Shown here in pieces: positions 1-10,591 of a stretch of 64,000 nucleotides of DNA. Origin of the DNA: Spirochaetia bacterium (GTDB lineage Bacteria; Spirochaetota; Spirochaetia; CAKZLE01). The translations under genes were made by a program, and so were the position numbers. The stretch covers positions 3,104,001 through 3,168,000 of the forward strand of contig OY782041.1 in NCBI GenBank assembly GCA_963677595.1. The letters are read 5' to 3'. The notes below the pieces were generated by a model. The model searched no databases. It was not told where the DNA came from and was given only the letters and a program-made list of their open reading frames with translations. The first letter of the stretch is position 1. Each line of letters starts with the position of its first letter.

Positions 1-723
1 CTCATGGAGTACTTCCCCGAGGAAGCCATGAGGACCAACATCGTTGGTTCTTACAACCTCTTCACCTCAGCAGTGAAGTACGGGGTGGAGAAGTGTATCC
101 TCATTTCCACGGACAAGGCAGTCAACCCGACCAATGTCATGGGAGCCACCAAGAGGATGGCAGAGCTCTTAGCCTCTGCACTCTCCACCAAGAAGACGGA
201 GATGGTAGCCGTACGGTTCGGTAATGTCCTCGGTTCCCGTGGTTCCATGCTCCCGCTCTTCCAGGAGCAGATCAGACGTGGCTTGCCGATCACCGTAACC
301 CATAAGGATATCATCAGGTATTTCATGACGATCCCCGAGGCAGTCTCTCTGGTATTCTTAGCCGGTGCAGTAGCACGGGGAAGGGAAGTCATGGTCCTTG
401 ATATGGGCAAACCAGTCAGGATCTACGACTTCGCACAGAAGCTGGTGAAACGGTACGGCAACAACAAGTCCACGGTTATCGTGACGGGCCTCCGCCCCGG
501 AGAGAAGCTCTATGAAGAACTGCTCACCAGCGAGGACACCTCGATGCCTACTGAATACCCGAAGGTCTTCAAGGCGAAAGTCTCCAACGGACATGACATC
601 AAGTTCCTTGAGAAGTTCATCACGAACATTCAGGAGAACAAGAGTAATGCGGAACTGATACAGACCCTCTGCACTTATGTTCCCTGTTATGATGCGAAGA
701 CCAAGAAGAGAAAAGAAGCATAA
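1..723 (+). CDS. CapD/PglF-like nucleoside-diphosphate sugar 4,6-dehydratase, C-terminal part (truncated by window start)
   Basis: Motifs ISTDKAVNPTNVMGATKR, VRFGNVLGSRGS and GLRPGEKLYEELL typical of the Polysacc_synt_2 family. Confidence 0.92.
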   Translation, partial: LMEYFPEEAMRTNIVGSYNLFTSAVKYGVEKCILISTDKAVNPTNVMGATKRMAELLASALSTKKTEMVAVRFGNVLGSRGSMLPLFQEQIRRGLPITVTHKDIIRYFMTIPEAVSLVFLAGAVARGREVMVLDMGKPVRIYDFAQKLVKRYGNNKSTVIVTGLRPGEKLYEELLTSEDTSMPTEYPKVFKAKVSNGHDIKFLEKFITNIQENKSNAELIQTLCTYVPCYDAKTKKRKEA

Positions 724-757
724 GTAGCCAATTGCATAGGCAATAGATGGGAGAACT

Positions 758-2584
758 ATGAGATTTCGTAGACAGAAGATAGCATTACTGATCGTGATGC
801 TATCTTTTTTTATACCGGCCTGTATCTATGCAACAGAACATCTATCAGTACCTCTTACAGATCCGATATATCAGGTTCTTGAATCTGCCCAGATCAGGAG
901 TCTCATAGACCGACTCCCGACAGCTAAACCCTACAGTAATCATATCGTAGAACAATCACTGAAACAGCTATTAACAAAACGAGATAGGTTATCTGAGACA
1001 GAGATCCAGATAGTCAAGAACTATCTGGAAGCCCACAGCAGGGATTATAAGAAGCAACAAGATATACTCCAGTCAGGAGCTATATATACTGACAGTCAGA
1101 ATCTCAATACTGAGATGGGAGCATGGCTCAGCTCTAACAACGGTATCAGCTTCAATGCCTATGAGTTCCATTTCGGGACAGAAGACTTCCTCAACCTCTA
1201 CCTTAGGGGTGATATGGGAAATAACCTTGAAGAAGAGCTGCCATTACTATCCTATGGCTTTGATATGGGATTCGGGGAAGTAAGCATAGCAGGCCAGGAA
1301 TACTCTGGAGCTAAACTCACAACACTAAATCAGATTGCATTTGCCCCCTATACGTTTACCTCTGAATGGGAAGGGTACTCCTACAGCCTTCTTGATCCCT
1401 TCAATAATGTCATAGGTGATGAAGGAGTCTATATAGCCTTCACCATGGATCCTGAGATATCCACCAGCTTGTTCGATGATCACCTGCAGCTGAGCTTCTC
1501 TAGGATTCCGAGGAACTGGGGTCTAGGAGAAGACAGTCTCTTGCTCTCAGGACAGGCACCGCCATTCGTCTCATTTGCCCTTCAGGCAAAGATATTCCCC
1601 TGGATGGATTATTCATTCCTGGTAGGGGAGCTTGAGAACTATGGTGACAGCTCAGCAGCCAGTACCCTGCAGAATATGGTGACAATAAAGACAGTGGATG
1701 TGCGACCAACGGATTGGTTCTATCTTGGCGTTCATGAAGCAGTCGTATGGCCCAAGAGGATGGAACTTGGGTACCTGAACCCGCTTATCTTCTCATCTCT
1801 CTATCAGGGTCAGATAGGGGACTTCGATAACATCATTGGAGGCATCTCGGCAGGAATCTCGATACCGAAGTATGCTGACTTCTATGGGACATTCATGATC
1901 GATGAGTTCAGTCCAACTAGTCTTGCTGATATGTTCGAGAGAGTAAGAAATCTCTTTTCTTTCCAGGCCGGGGTAAAAGCCCTGATTCCGGGTACAAACT
2001 TTGGAACATTGACAGCCCAGTATACAAAGATCGAACCCTTTACTTATACACATCCCCCTACACAAGTCCCTTGGATTACTTCTGATGATACAACTATAAA
2101 TAATATGGTTTATGAATCGTTTGTAACAAATGGCTATGGAATCTCATCAAAGCTCGATCCAAATAGTGATGAGTTGTTAATCAAAGCTGAGACATATCTT
2201 ACTCCTGAAATCACACTTTTAGGGTCTTATCAAATGATTCGTCATGGAGATTGGGGGGGAGGGTATAATAGCCCTTTAACAAGTTATCATGAGAATAATC
2301 TAACTCCAGATGGAATGGTATATCCCTCATGGCTAGGCGGAAATGATGAAGACATTGAGGATATGAGGAAAAGTTTTTTATATGATGGTCTATATAAGTG
2401 GTATCATATGTTTTCGGTAGGGGCAGAGGTGGATGGAAACAGGATGATTGATTTGCCTGTTAAACTATCAATCAAAGATACCCTAGTAAATTACTATAAA
2501 ACAGACAATGATGTTGATTTGATTGATGGAACTCAGAAATTGTTGAATTATGTGACTATTTCGATGCAGATATGGGGAGAATAG
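758..2584 (+). CDS. Capsule assembly Wzi-family outer-membrane beta-barrel protein
   Basis: Signal peptide; N-terminal 'SVPL.DPIYQ.LE...KPYS' pattern; WGLG..SLLLS, YLNP and DNII motifs; located in a polysaccharide locus. Confidence 0.7.
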   Translation: MRFRRQKIALLIVMLSFFIPACIYATEHLSVPLTDPIYQVLESAQIRSLIDRLPTAKPYSNHIVEQSLKQLLTKRDRLSETEIQIVKNYLEAHSRDYKKQQDILQSGAIYTDSQNLNTEMGAWLSSNNGISFNAYEFHFGTEDFLNLYLRGDMGNNLEEELPLLSYGFDMGFGEVSIAGQEYSGAKLTTLNQIAFAPYTFTSEWEGYSYSLLDPFNNVIGDEGVYIAFTMDPEISTSLFDDHLQLSFSRIPRNWGLGEDSLLLSGQAPPFVSFALQAKIFPWMDYSFLVGELENYGDSSAASTLQNMVTIKTVDVRPTDWFYLGVHEAVVWPKRMELGYLNPLIFSSLYQGQIGDFDNIIGGISAGISIPKYADFYGTFMIDEFSPTSLADMFERVRNLFSFQAGVKALIPGTNFGTLTAQYTKIEPFTYTHPPTQVPWITSDDTTINNMVYESFVTNGYGISSKLDPNSDELLIKAETYLTPEITLLGSYQMIRHGDWGGGYNSPLTSYHENNLTPDGMVYPSWLGGNDEDIEDMRKSFLYDGLYKWYHMFSVGAEVDGNRMIDLPVKLSIKDTLVNYYKTDNDVDLIDGTQKLLNYVTISMQIWGE

Positions 2585-2588
2585 TAAT

Positions 2589-3173
2589 ATGTATATTCAT
2601 ATAAAGCGTATTGCGGATTTCATCCTCTCCTTTATTGGATTGATTGTTTTATCTCCAGTATTCCTGATACTTATAATAGCAATAAAACTAGACTCTAAAG
2701 GGCCAGTACTGTTCAAACAAAAAAGAGTAGGTATTCATAAGACATATTTCAATATCCTTAAATTCAGAACAATGAGGATTGATACACCAAAAGACACTCC
2801 AACGCATATGCTGGAAAATCCTGATCAATGGATAACAAAGGTTGGAAGCTTTTTAAGAAAGACTTCTCTCGATGAATTGCCTCAAATCATAAATATTCTC
2901 CGAGGTCAGATGAGTATTATCGGTCCTCGACCAGCTCTATGGAATCAAGATGATCTTGTTGCTGAAAGAGATAAATATAGGGTTAATGAGATACTTCCTG
3001 GTTTAACAGGATGGGCACAAGTGAATGGAAGAGATGAACTTCCCATAACGCTTAAAGCTGAACTAGATGGCTACTATACAGAGCATATATCATTTATCTT
3101 AGATCTGAAGTGTTTCTTCTTAACAATTTTAAGCGTTATAAAATCTGAGGGTTTTGTAGAGGGTAGTCGATAA
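2589..3173 (+). CDS. Priming (initiating) sugar phosphotransferase, Bac_transf family
   Basis: KRIADF, FKQKRVG, KFRTM, RKTSLDELPQ, IIGPRP and PGLTGWAQVNGR motifs. Confidence 0.95.
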   Translation: MYIHIKRIADFILSFIGLIVLSPVFLILIIAIKLDSKGPVLFKQKRVGIHKTYFNILKFRTMRIDTPKDTPTHMLENPDQWITKVGSFLRKTSLDELPQIINILRGQMSIIGPRPALWNQDDLVAERDKYRVNEILPGLTGWAQVNGRDELPITLKAELDGYYTEHISFILDLKCFFLTILSVIKSEGFVEGSR

Positions 3174-3203
3174 TTTTGATAAATTATATTAAAGGTAAAT
3201 GGT

Positions 3204-4124
3204 ATGGGAAAAGAATATTTTAAAGTTAGCGTAATTATTCCGACATTTAAACGGGATGTAAAATACTTATTTAGGGCAATTTCCTCCATATTAAATCAAA
3301 CATATGACAATTGTGAAATAGTTGTGGTTGATGACAATGACCCCACATCACCCTATAGAATAGCAAATAATCAAATTATGAAACAATTTTGTAATAATTC
3401 AAATATTATATATATAAAGAATAGTGCTAATATAGGCGGATCAGAGGCCAGGAATATTGGTATTTTACATGCTTCAGGAGATTATATTACATTCCTTGAT
3501 GATGATGATGAATATCTATCTAATAAAGTGAAAAATCAATTATTTTTTATGATTAAACACAATTGCGATATGTCATTTACTAATTTGAAATTATTTAATG
3601 AAATAGGGAATCTTATTGATTATCGAGAATATACTTCTATAAAAAGTTACGAAAAAACATATTTATTAAAGTATCATATTATGCACCATATAACTGGGAC
3701 TCCAACCTTTATGTTCAGAGCAGAGGCATTAAGACGAATAAATGGTTTTGAAAATGTTAGCATGGGTCAAGAATTTTATTTAATGCTTAAAGCAGTTGAA
3801 TCAAATTTAAAAATTTGCTATTTGAATGATTGCAATGTAATAGCTTATAGGCATAAATTAGGAGGTATATCACAAGGACTTAATAAAATACATGGTGAGA
3901 ATTCATTATTCAAATTTAAAGAAAAGTATTTCCATTTATTTAATAAGAAAGAAATAAAGTATATAAAATTTCGACATCAAGCAGTAATGCTTATCGCTTA
4001 TAAAAGAAATAAACAATATAAAAACTTTGCATATAGCTTTTTCCGAATGATTTTCTTATCTCCAATCAATGTTATTACTGAGGGATTAAAATACTTTAAA
4101 CACATTATTCTTTATAAACAATAA
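3204..4124 (+). CDS. Glycosyltransferase family 2
   Basis: VSVIIPT, EIVVVDD, ARNIG and YITFLDDDD motifs. Confidence 0.92.
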   Translation: MGKEYFKVSVIIPTFKRDVKYLFRAISSILNQTYDNCEIVVVDDNDPTSPYRIANNQIMKQFCNNSNIIYIKNSANIGGSEARNIGILHASGDYITFLDDDDEYLSNKVKNQLFFMIKHNCDMSFTNLKLFNEIGNLIDYREYTSIKSYEKTYLLKYHIMHHITGTPTFMFRAEALRRINGFENVSMGQEFYLMLKAVESNLKICYLNDCNVIAYRHKLGGISQGLNKIHGENSLFKFKEKYFHLFNKKEIKYIKFRHQAVMLIAYKRNKQYKNFAYSFFRMIFLSPINVITEGLKYFKHIILYKQ

Positions 4125-4139
4125 ACAAGTTTATTGAGC

Positions 4140-4700
4140 CTTGGAAAACCACCGCCTATGGCGGTGGTCATGGAATGAAGGCTACGCCGTAAGAAAAGTG
4201 TGATATGATAAGGCATGTCCAAGTGGAAGAAACAGTCGCATGTAGTATATCAGTGTAGTTACCATATCGTATGGTGTCCAAAGTACCGGTTTCGGGTACT
4301 GAAAGATGCTATAGGGAGTTATGTAGAACACCGGATACGAGAACTATGTGAATGGAAACAGATAGAGATATTGGAACTGAACGTGATGGAAGATCACGTA
4401 CATATGGTGGTAATCGTACCACCAAAACTATCGTTATCAGAAATGATGGGCATGCTGAAAGGGAAAACAGCAATCAGCTTGTTTAAGAGTTTTCCAAAGT
4501 TTAAAGAGAAGCCGTATTGGGGAAACCACTTCTGGAGTCGCGGGTATTGCGTTACGACGCTCGGGTTAGATGAAGATAAGATACGGCGATATGTAAAGTA
4601 TCAAGAAGAGAATGAGCGACTCGAAGAAGCTCAGCAGGAAGAATTCGGCCTCTTTTAGAGGCCTAATACAAGCCACCTCCTCTGGGGGTGGTTGTTGACT
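4140..4700 (+). mobile_element. IS200/IS605-family element (tnpA only, no tnpB); ends approximate
   Basis: Subterminal hairpins accaccgcc-tat-ggcggtggt (4148-4168) and agccacctcc-tct-gggggtggtt (4671-4693) flank a Y1 transposase. Confidence 0.85.
4215..4658 (+). CDS. tnpA: IS200/IS605 Y1 (HUH) transposase
   Basis: YHIVWCPKYR, DHVHM (HUH), FWSRGY and YVKYQ motifs. Confidence 0.95.
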   Translation: MSKWKKQSHVVYQCSYHIVWCPKYRFRVLKDAIGSYVEHRIRELCEWKQIEILELNVMEDHVHMVVIVPPKLSLSEMMGMLKGKTAISLFKSFPKFKEKPYWGNHFWSRGYCVTTLGLDEDKIRRYVKYQEENERLEEAQQEEFGLF

Positions 4701-5030
4701 CATTTAATTTCGGTCATGCTTGACCGACATATTTTAGTAGCGATACTTTCTAAGGGAAATGATTTGTGCTGCATAATATTCTTAAATATTTATTGAATTT
4801 TTTCTTAGAATGCAATGGATCTAGAAAATATATCAAGCATTATAATTAAGGTTATCTTTTTGTACTTGGATTTTGCAATATTGGGTCTGGAGAGTAAATC
4901 TGGCTGCTTGCAGGCATTAGCAATTACGTGCGGTTTATCATATATTTTTTTTCATGTAGATGAGCGGATTAGAAAAGTTATTGGTTGCTAAAATGCGAGG
5001 TTTAATAGATATTCGAAATATTATAAATAA

Positions 5031-6334
5031 CACTGCTGTCCGGTTAAGAATTCAGATAGATCTTGCAACTAGTTTTAATATAAAGAAATAGGAGGTGTTT
5101 TTACTTTTTTCGATATATAGCGATTTATAATGCATGTATTCAATCCTATGGGTTACCATCTGGAGGCGTGCATGGATATTTTCCCAGATAATGGACTTTG
5201 TACCGACCTATGAATTCAAGAAATGTGTAAAACGCTACAAAGGAGATTATCGGATACGGAACTTTACTTACTGGAACCAATTTCTTTGTTTGGCATTTGC
5301 TCAGCTGATCTATCGGGAAAGTCTTCGGGATATCGAATCCTGTTTGAATTCAATTCCTCAGAAACTCTATCATATGGGATTTCGGGGAAACATCACCCGC
5401 AGCACCCTGGCAGATGCGAATGAAAAAGAGACTGGCGAATCTATGCCGATTTTGCTCAGATCCTTATCAGCAAGGCCAGATCTCTTTACCGGAATGATGA
5501 ATTTGGCCTTGAGCTGGATAATACGGTATATGCCCTTGATTCAACGACAATAGATTTATGCTTATCGTTGTTTCTCTGGGCTAAGAACCCATAAAGGGGC
5601 AGTTAAGATGCATACGTTATTGGATTTGAGAGGAAACATACCGACATATATCGCTATTACTCCGGGAAATGTACATGATGTAAACATTCTGGATCAATTG
5701 ATTTCTGAACCAGGAGCCTTCTATATTATGGATCGAGGGTATGTGGATTTTAGTCGTTTATATCAACTGACCCTAGATCAGGTGTATTTTGTTGCTCGGG
5801 GCAAAAGCAATCTGAAATTCAGAAGGTTGTATTCGAACCCGGTAGATAAAGCAACTGGGTTACGAAGTGACCAAACCATAAAGCTTGAAGGATCCTACGC
5901 CCGACAGGAGTACCCCGACAAGCTGCGAAGGGTACGTTATTTTGATCAGGAAACAGGGAAATACTATACGTTCCTGACCAACAATTTTACCGTGAGTTCA
6001 ATCATGGTAACCGAACTGTATCGATCGAGATGGCAAATTGAGCTGTTTTTCAAATGGATAAAGTAGCATTTACGAATCAAGGCATTTTACGGCACGTCGT
6101 TCAATGTCGTGAAGACACAGATATGGATTGATATTTCGGTGTATGTAATGGTAGCAATAATTAATAAGGAGCTGAATTTAGGGATGAGTCTCTACAGTAT
6201 TTTACAGATTTTGAGCATCACGCCATTTGAACAATTATCTATAAAAGAAGTACTTAGCGATTCAGATTACAAGAATTTAGGCCCCGGTGATAATAAACAG
6301 TTACTGTTAATAGATTTATAACCGGACACTAGTG
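5031..6334 (+). mobile_element. IS4-family element, defective
   Basis: Terminal IRs cactgctgtccggtta (5031-5046) and taaccggacactagtg (6319-6334), 14/16 match; flanked by near-identical tataaataa / aataaataa. Confidence 0.85.
5134..6321 (+). pseudogene. IS4-family transposase pseudogene in three fragments
   Basis: Fragments carry SLRDIE..L, RSTLADAN, MDRGY, YRSRWQIELFFKWIK and KTQIW; frameshift near 5425; TAG at 6064-6066 where K-Q-HLRIK is expected. Confidence 0.9.
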
Positions 6335-6393
6335 AATAAATAAATTTACTTAATGGGGGCTTTTACCCTATAGAGTTTGTATTGGGAGACAAC

Positions 6394-7713
6394 ATGGAAA
6401 TTGCTAATAAAATTGTGAAAAAAAAAGGCAAAATTGCGATTATTGGATTAGGGTATGTTGGAATGCCTTTGGCCATAGCTTTTGCAAAAAAAATCAATGT
6501 AATTGGTTTTGATTTAAATAAAAAAAAAATAGCACAATATCAACATGGTATAGATCCTACAAATGAAGTAGGTGATGACGCCATAAAAAAATCTACAATC
6601 GAATTTACATCTGATGAAAAAAAATTAAGAGAAGCCAGCTTTATTATTGTCGCTGTACCTACACCTATTAATTTGGATAAAACACCTGATCTGTTTCCTG
6701 TTGAAAGTGCCAGTAGAATTGTTGGAAGAAATTTACGGAAAGATTCAATAGTTGTTTATGAATCTACTGTATATCCTGGAGTTACAGAAGATATTTGTAT
6801 TCCTATATTAGAAAAAGAATCGGATATGAAATGTGGTAAAGAATTTCATGTGGGTTATTCACCTGAACGAATTAATCCTGGCGATGAGGTACACACTCTG
6901 AAAAATATTGTTAAGATTATTTCAAGTGTGGGAACTGAAAGCTTAAATGATATTGAGAAAATTTATAAACTAGTTATTGAAGCAGGGGTGCACAAAGTAA
7001 GTTGTATTAAAGTAGCAGAAGCTGCAAAAGTTGTTGAGAATAGTCAGAGGGATATAAATATTGCATTTATGAACGAGATAGCAATAGTTTTTGATAAAAT
7101 GCAAATAGATACACATGAAGTACTTACGGCTATGAATACTAAATGGAACTCTCTTGGATTTTTTCCAGGATTGGTAGGTGGTCATTGTATTGGGGTTGAT
7201 CCATACTACTTCATTTATCAAGCTGAAAGATTGGGCTATCATAGTCAGATTGTTTTATCTGGTCGTAAAATTAATGATGGGATGAGTGATTATATTGTTA
7301 ATAAAATAATTAAGATGATGATATTAGCAAATAAAAAAATAAAGGAATCTAAGATTGCAATTCTTGGACTAACTTTTAAAGAAGATACACCTGATATAAG
7401 AAATTCTAAAATTATAGAAATAATTGAGAAGTTAGAAGTTTATGGGGTAAGAATCCAAATAGCCGATCCAGTAATAAATATTAATGAATTGAACGAATCA
7501 TTAAAATCTAAAATTGTTGATTTTTCGGCAATAAATAATATCGATTGTCTTATCGTGGCAGTCAGTCACAAGGATTTTAAAACTTTGAACTTTGATAAAA
7601 TAGAATCAATGTTTTTGAAATGTGATAATAAAGAAAAGGTTATAATTGATATAAGAAGTATTTTAGACAAAACTGTATTTAGAAATAAGGGATATTCTTA
7701 TTGGAATTTGTAA
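6394..7713 (+). CDS. Nucleotide-sugar dehydrogenase (UDP-GlcNAc/GalNAc 6-dehydrogenase, TviB/WbpO-like)
   Basis: GLGYVG, VVYESTVYPG, YSPERINPG, ENSQRDINIA and GGHCIGVDP motifs; RBS ggag before ATG 6394. Confidence 0.93.
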   Translation: MEIANKIVKKKGKIAIIGLGYVGMPLAIAFAKKINVIGFDLNKKKIAQYQHGIDPTNEVGDDAIKKSTIEFTSDEKKLREASFIIVAVPTPINLDKTPDLFPVESASRIVGRNLRKDSIVVYESTVYPGVTEDICIPILEKESDMKCGKEFHVGYSPERINPGDEVHTLKNIVKIISSVGTESLNDIEKIYKLVIEAGVHKVSCIKVAEAAKVVENSQRDINIAFMNEIAIVFDKMQIDTHEVLTAMNTKWNSLGFFPGLVGGHCIGVDPYYFIYQAERLGYHSQIVLSGRKINDGMSDYIVNKIIKMMILANKKIKESKIAILGLTFKEDTPDIRNSKIIEIIEKLEVYGVRIQIADPVININELNESLKSKIVDFSAINNIDCLIVAVSHKDFKTLNFDKIESMFLKCDNKEKVIIDIRSILDKTVFRNKGYSYWNL

Positions 7714-7730
7714 TTTAGAGAAGAGAAATA

Positions 7731-8249
7731 ATGGTTAAGATTTTAAAAACACTGCTAAATCCGGCACGTTTAATAGTTATTGTATATAAAATAAATAATT
7801 TTATTGCTTGTAGGTTTAGATTCCTAAAGCCCATTTGTCAGATAAATATGATCATAATGAAAATTTTATCTGGAATAGAAATTGAATTAGGTGCAAAAAT
7901 AGGGAAAAATCTACAGTTTATTCATGGCAATGGAGTAGTAATAGGGAACATGGTCGAAATTGGGGACAATGTGAAAATTTATCAAAATGTTACAATCGGA
8001 GGTAATTTTCAGAAAACAGAAATAATAAATGGGAAAGTGTGGCATCAACCACAAATAGGTAATAATGTGATCCTTTGTCCTGGGGCCAAAATTCTGGGGC
8101 CTATTAGTATTGACCCATATACTATAATAGGTGCAAACACCGTTATTACTGAGAATGTTGATTCTTATAAACTTGTTCTTCGGTCAGGAACTGTTATATA
8201 TAAAGATATAAAAAATACAAGATTTCATAAAATACTAGATGAAATTTAG
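7731..8249 (+). CDS. Hexapeptide-repeat O-acetyltransferase (serine acetyltransferase-like)
   Basis: AKIG..L...HG.GVVIG, IGDNVKIYQNVTIG and PQIGNNV..GAKILG repeats. Confidence 0.88.
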   Translation: MVKILKTLLNPARLIVIVYKINNFIACRFRFLKPICQINMIIMKILSGIEIELGAKIGKNLQFIHGNGVVIGNMVEIGDNVKIYQNVTIGGNFQKTEIINGKVWHQPQIGNNVILCPGAKILGPISIDPYTIIGANTVITENVDSYKLVLRSGTVIYKDIKNTRFHKILDEI

Positions 8250-8279
8250 ATTTGAAAAGAAGGTTTTTATAAAAAAAAT

Positions 8280-9290
8280 ATGAATATATTACATGTTGCT
8301 AAGCTTAATCATTCCAGACCAAATGGATATACTATTGCAATCAATGGTCATTACAGAGCACAAAATGAGTTTTCTAAGGATACAATTCAGCTATATGATA
8401 TTTCAAACAAAACTTCGATTAGCTTTAATCAAATTGATTTGATTGTTTTCCATGGGATATACAAATATGAATTTATTCCATTGCAAGTCAGATGTGTTTT
8501 AGCAAAAAAGCCTTTTATTATTGTTCCTCATGGTAGTTTAACAAAAACAGCCAGGAAAACGAAAAGAGTAAAAAAGAGTATTTATGAGATTTTCATAATG
8601 AATTATATTTTAAAAAAATCAAAAGCAATACAGTTCTTATGTGAACAAGAGCAGAATGAATCATCACCTTATAATATGTTGAACAATATAATTGTTCCAA
8701 ATGGTATAAAAATTCCAAAAGAAAAAACATACAAAAAAAAATTTTCAAAGAAAATTGGTTTTCTTGGGCGGTACGATATTTATCATAAAGGGTTAGATAT
8801 ACTGATTAATGCAATATATTCTGAGCGCGACTTTATTAGAGCAAATAATTTAACATTTGATTTTTATGGTTCAGATTTTGCTGGTGGAGAAAAAATATTA
8901 TCTGAATTTATTAACCAAAGAGAGCTATATGATATTGTCACAGTTCATGGACCAGTAATCCAACAAGAGAAATGGGAAGTATTAGAAAAATTTGACTTTT
9001 TTATTCATACATCTCGTTTTGAAGGACTTCCACTTGCTGTTTTAGAGGCTTTATCCAAATCAATACCATGTATTCTTTCTGTCGGTACCAATTTTTCACA
9101 ATTGGTTTTTGATAATAATGCTGGGTTCATTTTCGAAAATGATAACTTTCATTATATTTTAAATGAAATTGCAGAGATGAATATTGATAAATATAATGAA
9201 TTAGCAAAACAATCTTACTTATTGGCACAAGAATATAGTTGGGAAAAAATTGTTAAAAGAACAATTATAGAATATAGGAAGTTTGTATAA
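8280..9290 (+). CDS. Glycosyltransferase family 4
   Basis: VPHG, FLGR..HKGLD and SRFEGLPLAVLEAL motifs. Confidence 0.92.
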   Translation: MNILHVAKLNHSRPNGYTIAINGHYRAQNEFSKDTIQLYDISNKTSISFNQIDLIVFHGIYKYEFIPLQVRCVLAKKPFIIVPHGSLTKTARKTKRVKKSIYEIFIMNYILKKSKAIQFLCEQEQNESSPYNMLNNIIVPNGIKIPKEKTYKKKFSKKIGFLGRYDIYHKGLDILINAIYSERDFIRANNLTFDFYGSDFAGGEKILSEFINQRELYDIVTVHGPVIQQEKWEVLEKFDFFIHTSRFEGLPLAVLEALSKSIPCILSVGTNFSQLVFDNNAGFIFENDNFHYILNEIAEMNIDKYNELAKQSYLLAQEYSWEKIVKRTIIEYRKFV

Positions 9291-9304
9291 AAACATTTGG
9301 GAAT

Positions 9305-10591
9305 TTGATGAATACAGAAAGCAGAATTAAAAAGATATCAGCAATATTAGTTTTTTTGGCTATTGTATTTTTCATGGTATTTTTGAACCAGAAAAAAAGT
9401 GATTTAATACTATTTGTTTCCTTTGGGCTTTTAGTTTGTGTTGTTTTATATGAAACCAATACAAATAATATATATATAATTGTTTTCCTATTACCATTTT
9501 TAGTCAAATATAGGCTGTCTTTTTTTGATGTTTCATTAATTTCTATATTATCAATAGTAATTGCTATAAAATATTTCTTTTTATTTTTTAAAACAAATCT
9601 TACATTTCCCTTTCCCATTTTCATGTTTTTTATCAGTTTATTATCTGTTGAATTGGGTACCCTATTACTTGGGGATTGGTATGGACTTGGAACTCTGATC
9701 AAGAATTTCAGTTGGATATTGTTGTTGATATATTTTATTTCTTTATTGTTCAATGATTTAATTGATGCTTCATATCGAAAACTTGTGTTTTCACATGCTT
9801 CTGGTTTAGCTCTTAGTGTATTAATTACACTTCCAGAAGCTATTTCCTATTTTGGTATAAGTTATAGAGATAGATACACAGCCTGTTACAATGACCCAAA
9901 TGCTTTTTCTTTAGCGGTTTGTTTTAGTATAGCAAATTTGTTAACCTTGCATCTTACTACTCGTAAATCAATATATTTTGCTTCTTCTTTAATCTTTTCG
10001 TTAATCGGATTTTTAAGTCTTTCAAAAACATACTTGTTGGTATTACTTTTCTTATTTTTAATTTATTTCTTATTTGTTATTTTTTATAGAAGGATTGGCT
10101 TTGCAAAGATTTTTAGTATAGTTGGTATAATAATAATATTTTTTTTTATTTTTCAAGCAACAATAATTAATTACTATCAGCTTTATATTAATAGATTTGA
10201 GTATTCTTCAAATTTTTCATCAGGGCGTTTTGACCTCTGGATAAGTTACTGGTCTGTTATAACATCAAATGTTAAAATCTTTTTGTTTGGGTTAGGGAAA
10301 GGGGCGTATCAGGAAAATTATAATCTAAATGTTGCGCATAATTCCTACTTGCAATTATTAATTTCTTGGGGGATTTTTGGTGTATTATTGATATTACTAA
10401 TCATTAGTTGGTCCTACACCTCACTTAATAATTCAAAAAATTGCAAGAAAAAATTATTTAGTTATTTCCCCATAATAACATTTATCATATATATTAGTTC
10501 CTTAGATCTTTTTCAGAGTATAATTTTTTCAATATATTTTTATATATCAATAAATGCTATTTTTAATAATCAAGAGGCAAAAAACATATGA
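9305..10591 (+). CDS. wzy: O-antigen polymerase/ligase-family membrane protein (Wzy)
   Basis: Many TM segments; DPNAF, LSKT, SGR..LW, FGLG and AHNSYLQ motifs. Confidence 0.8.
   Translation: MMNTESRIKKISAILVFLAIVFFMVFLNQKKSDLILFVSFGLLVCVVLYETNTNNIYIIVFLLPFLVKYRLSFFDVSLISILSIVIAIKYFFLFFKTNLTFPFPIFMFFISLLSVELGTLLLGDWYGLGTLIKNFSWILLLIYFISLLFNDLIDASYRKLVFSHASGLALSVLITLPEAISYFGISYRDRYTACYNDPNAFSLAVCFSIANLLTLHLTTRKSIYFASSLIFSLIGFLSLSKTYLLVLLFLFLIYFLFVIFYRRIGFAKIFSIVGIIIIFFFIFQATIINYYQLYINRFEYSSNFSSGRFDLWISYWSVITSNVKIFLFGLGKGAYQENYNLNVAHNSYLQLLISWGIFGVLLILLIISWSYTSLNNSKNCKKKLFSYFPIITFIIYISSLDLFQSIIFSIYFYISINAIFNNQEAKNI

Noticed and set aside
4658-4800. tnpB/omegaRNA associated with the IS200/IS605 element
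   Set aside because: The right-end hairpin follows tnpA directly, leaving no room for tnpB
4700-5030. Possible small hydrophobic ORF between IS200 and IS4
   Set aside because: Under 60 aa with no recognisable motif; cannot be distinguished from AT-rich noise
6418-6530. Poly-A runs in the dehydrogenase and other cluster genes as phase-variation tracts
   Set aside because: Expected in very AT-rich, Lys-rich genes; no frameshifts seen
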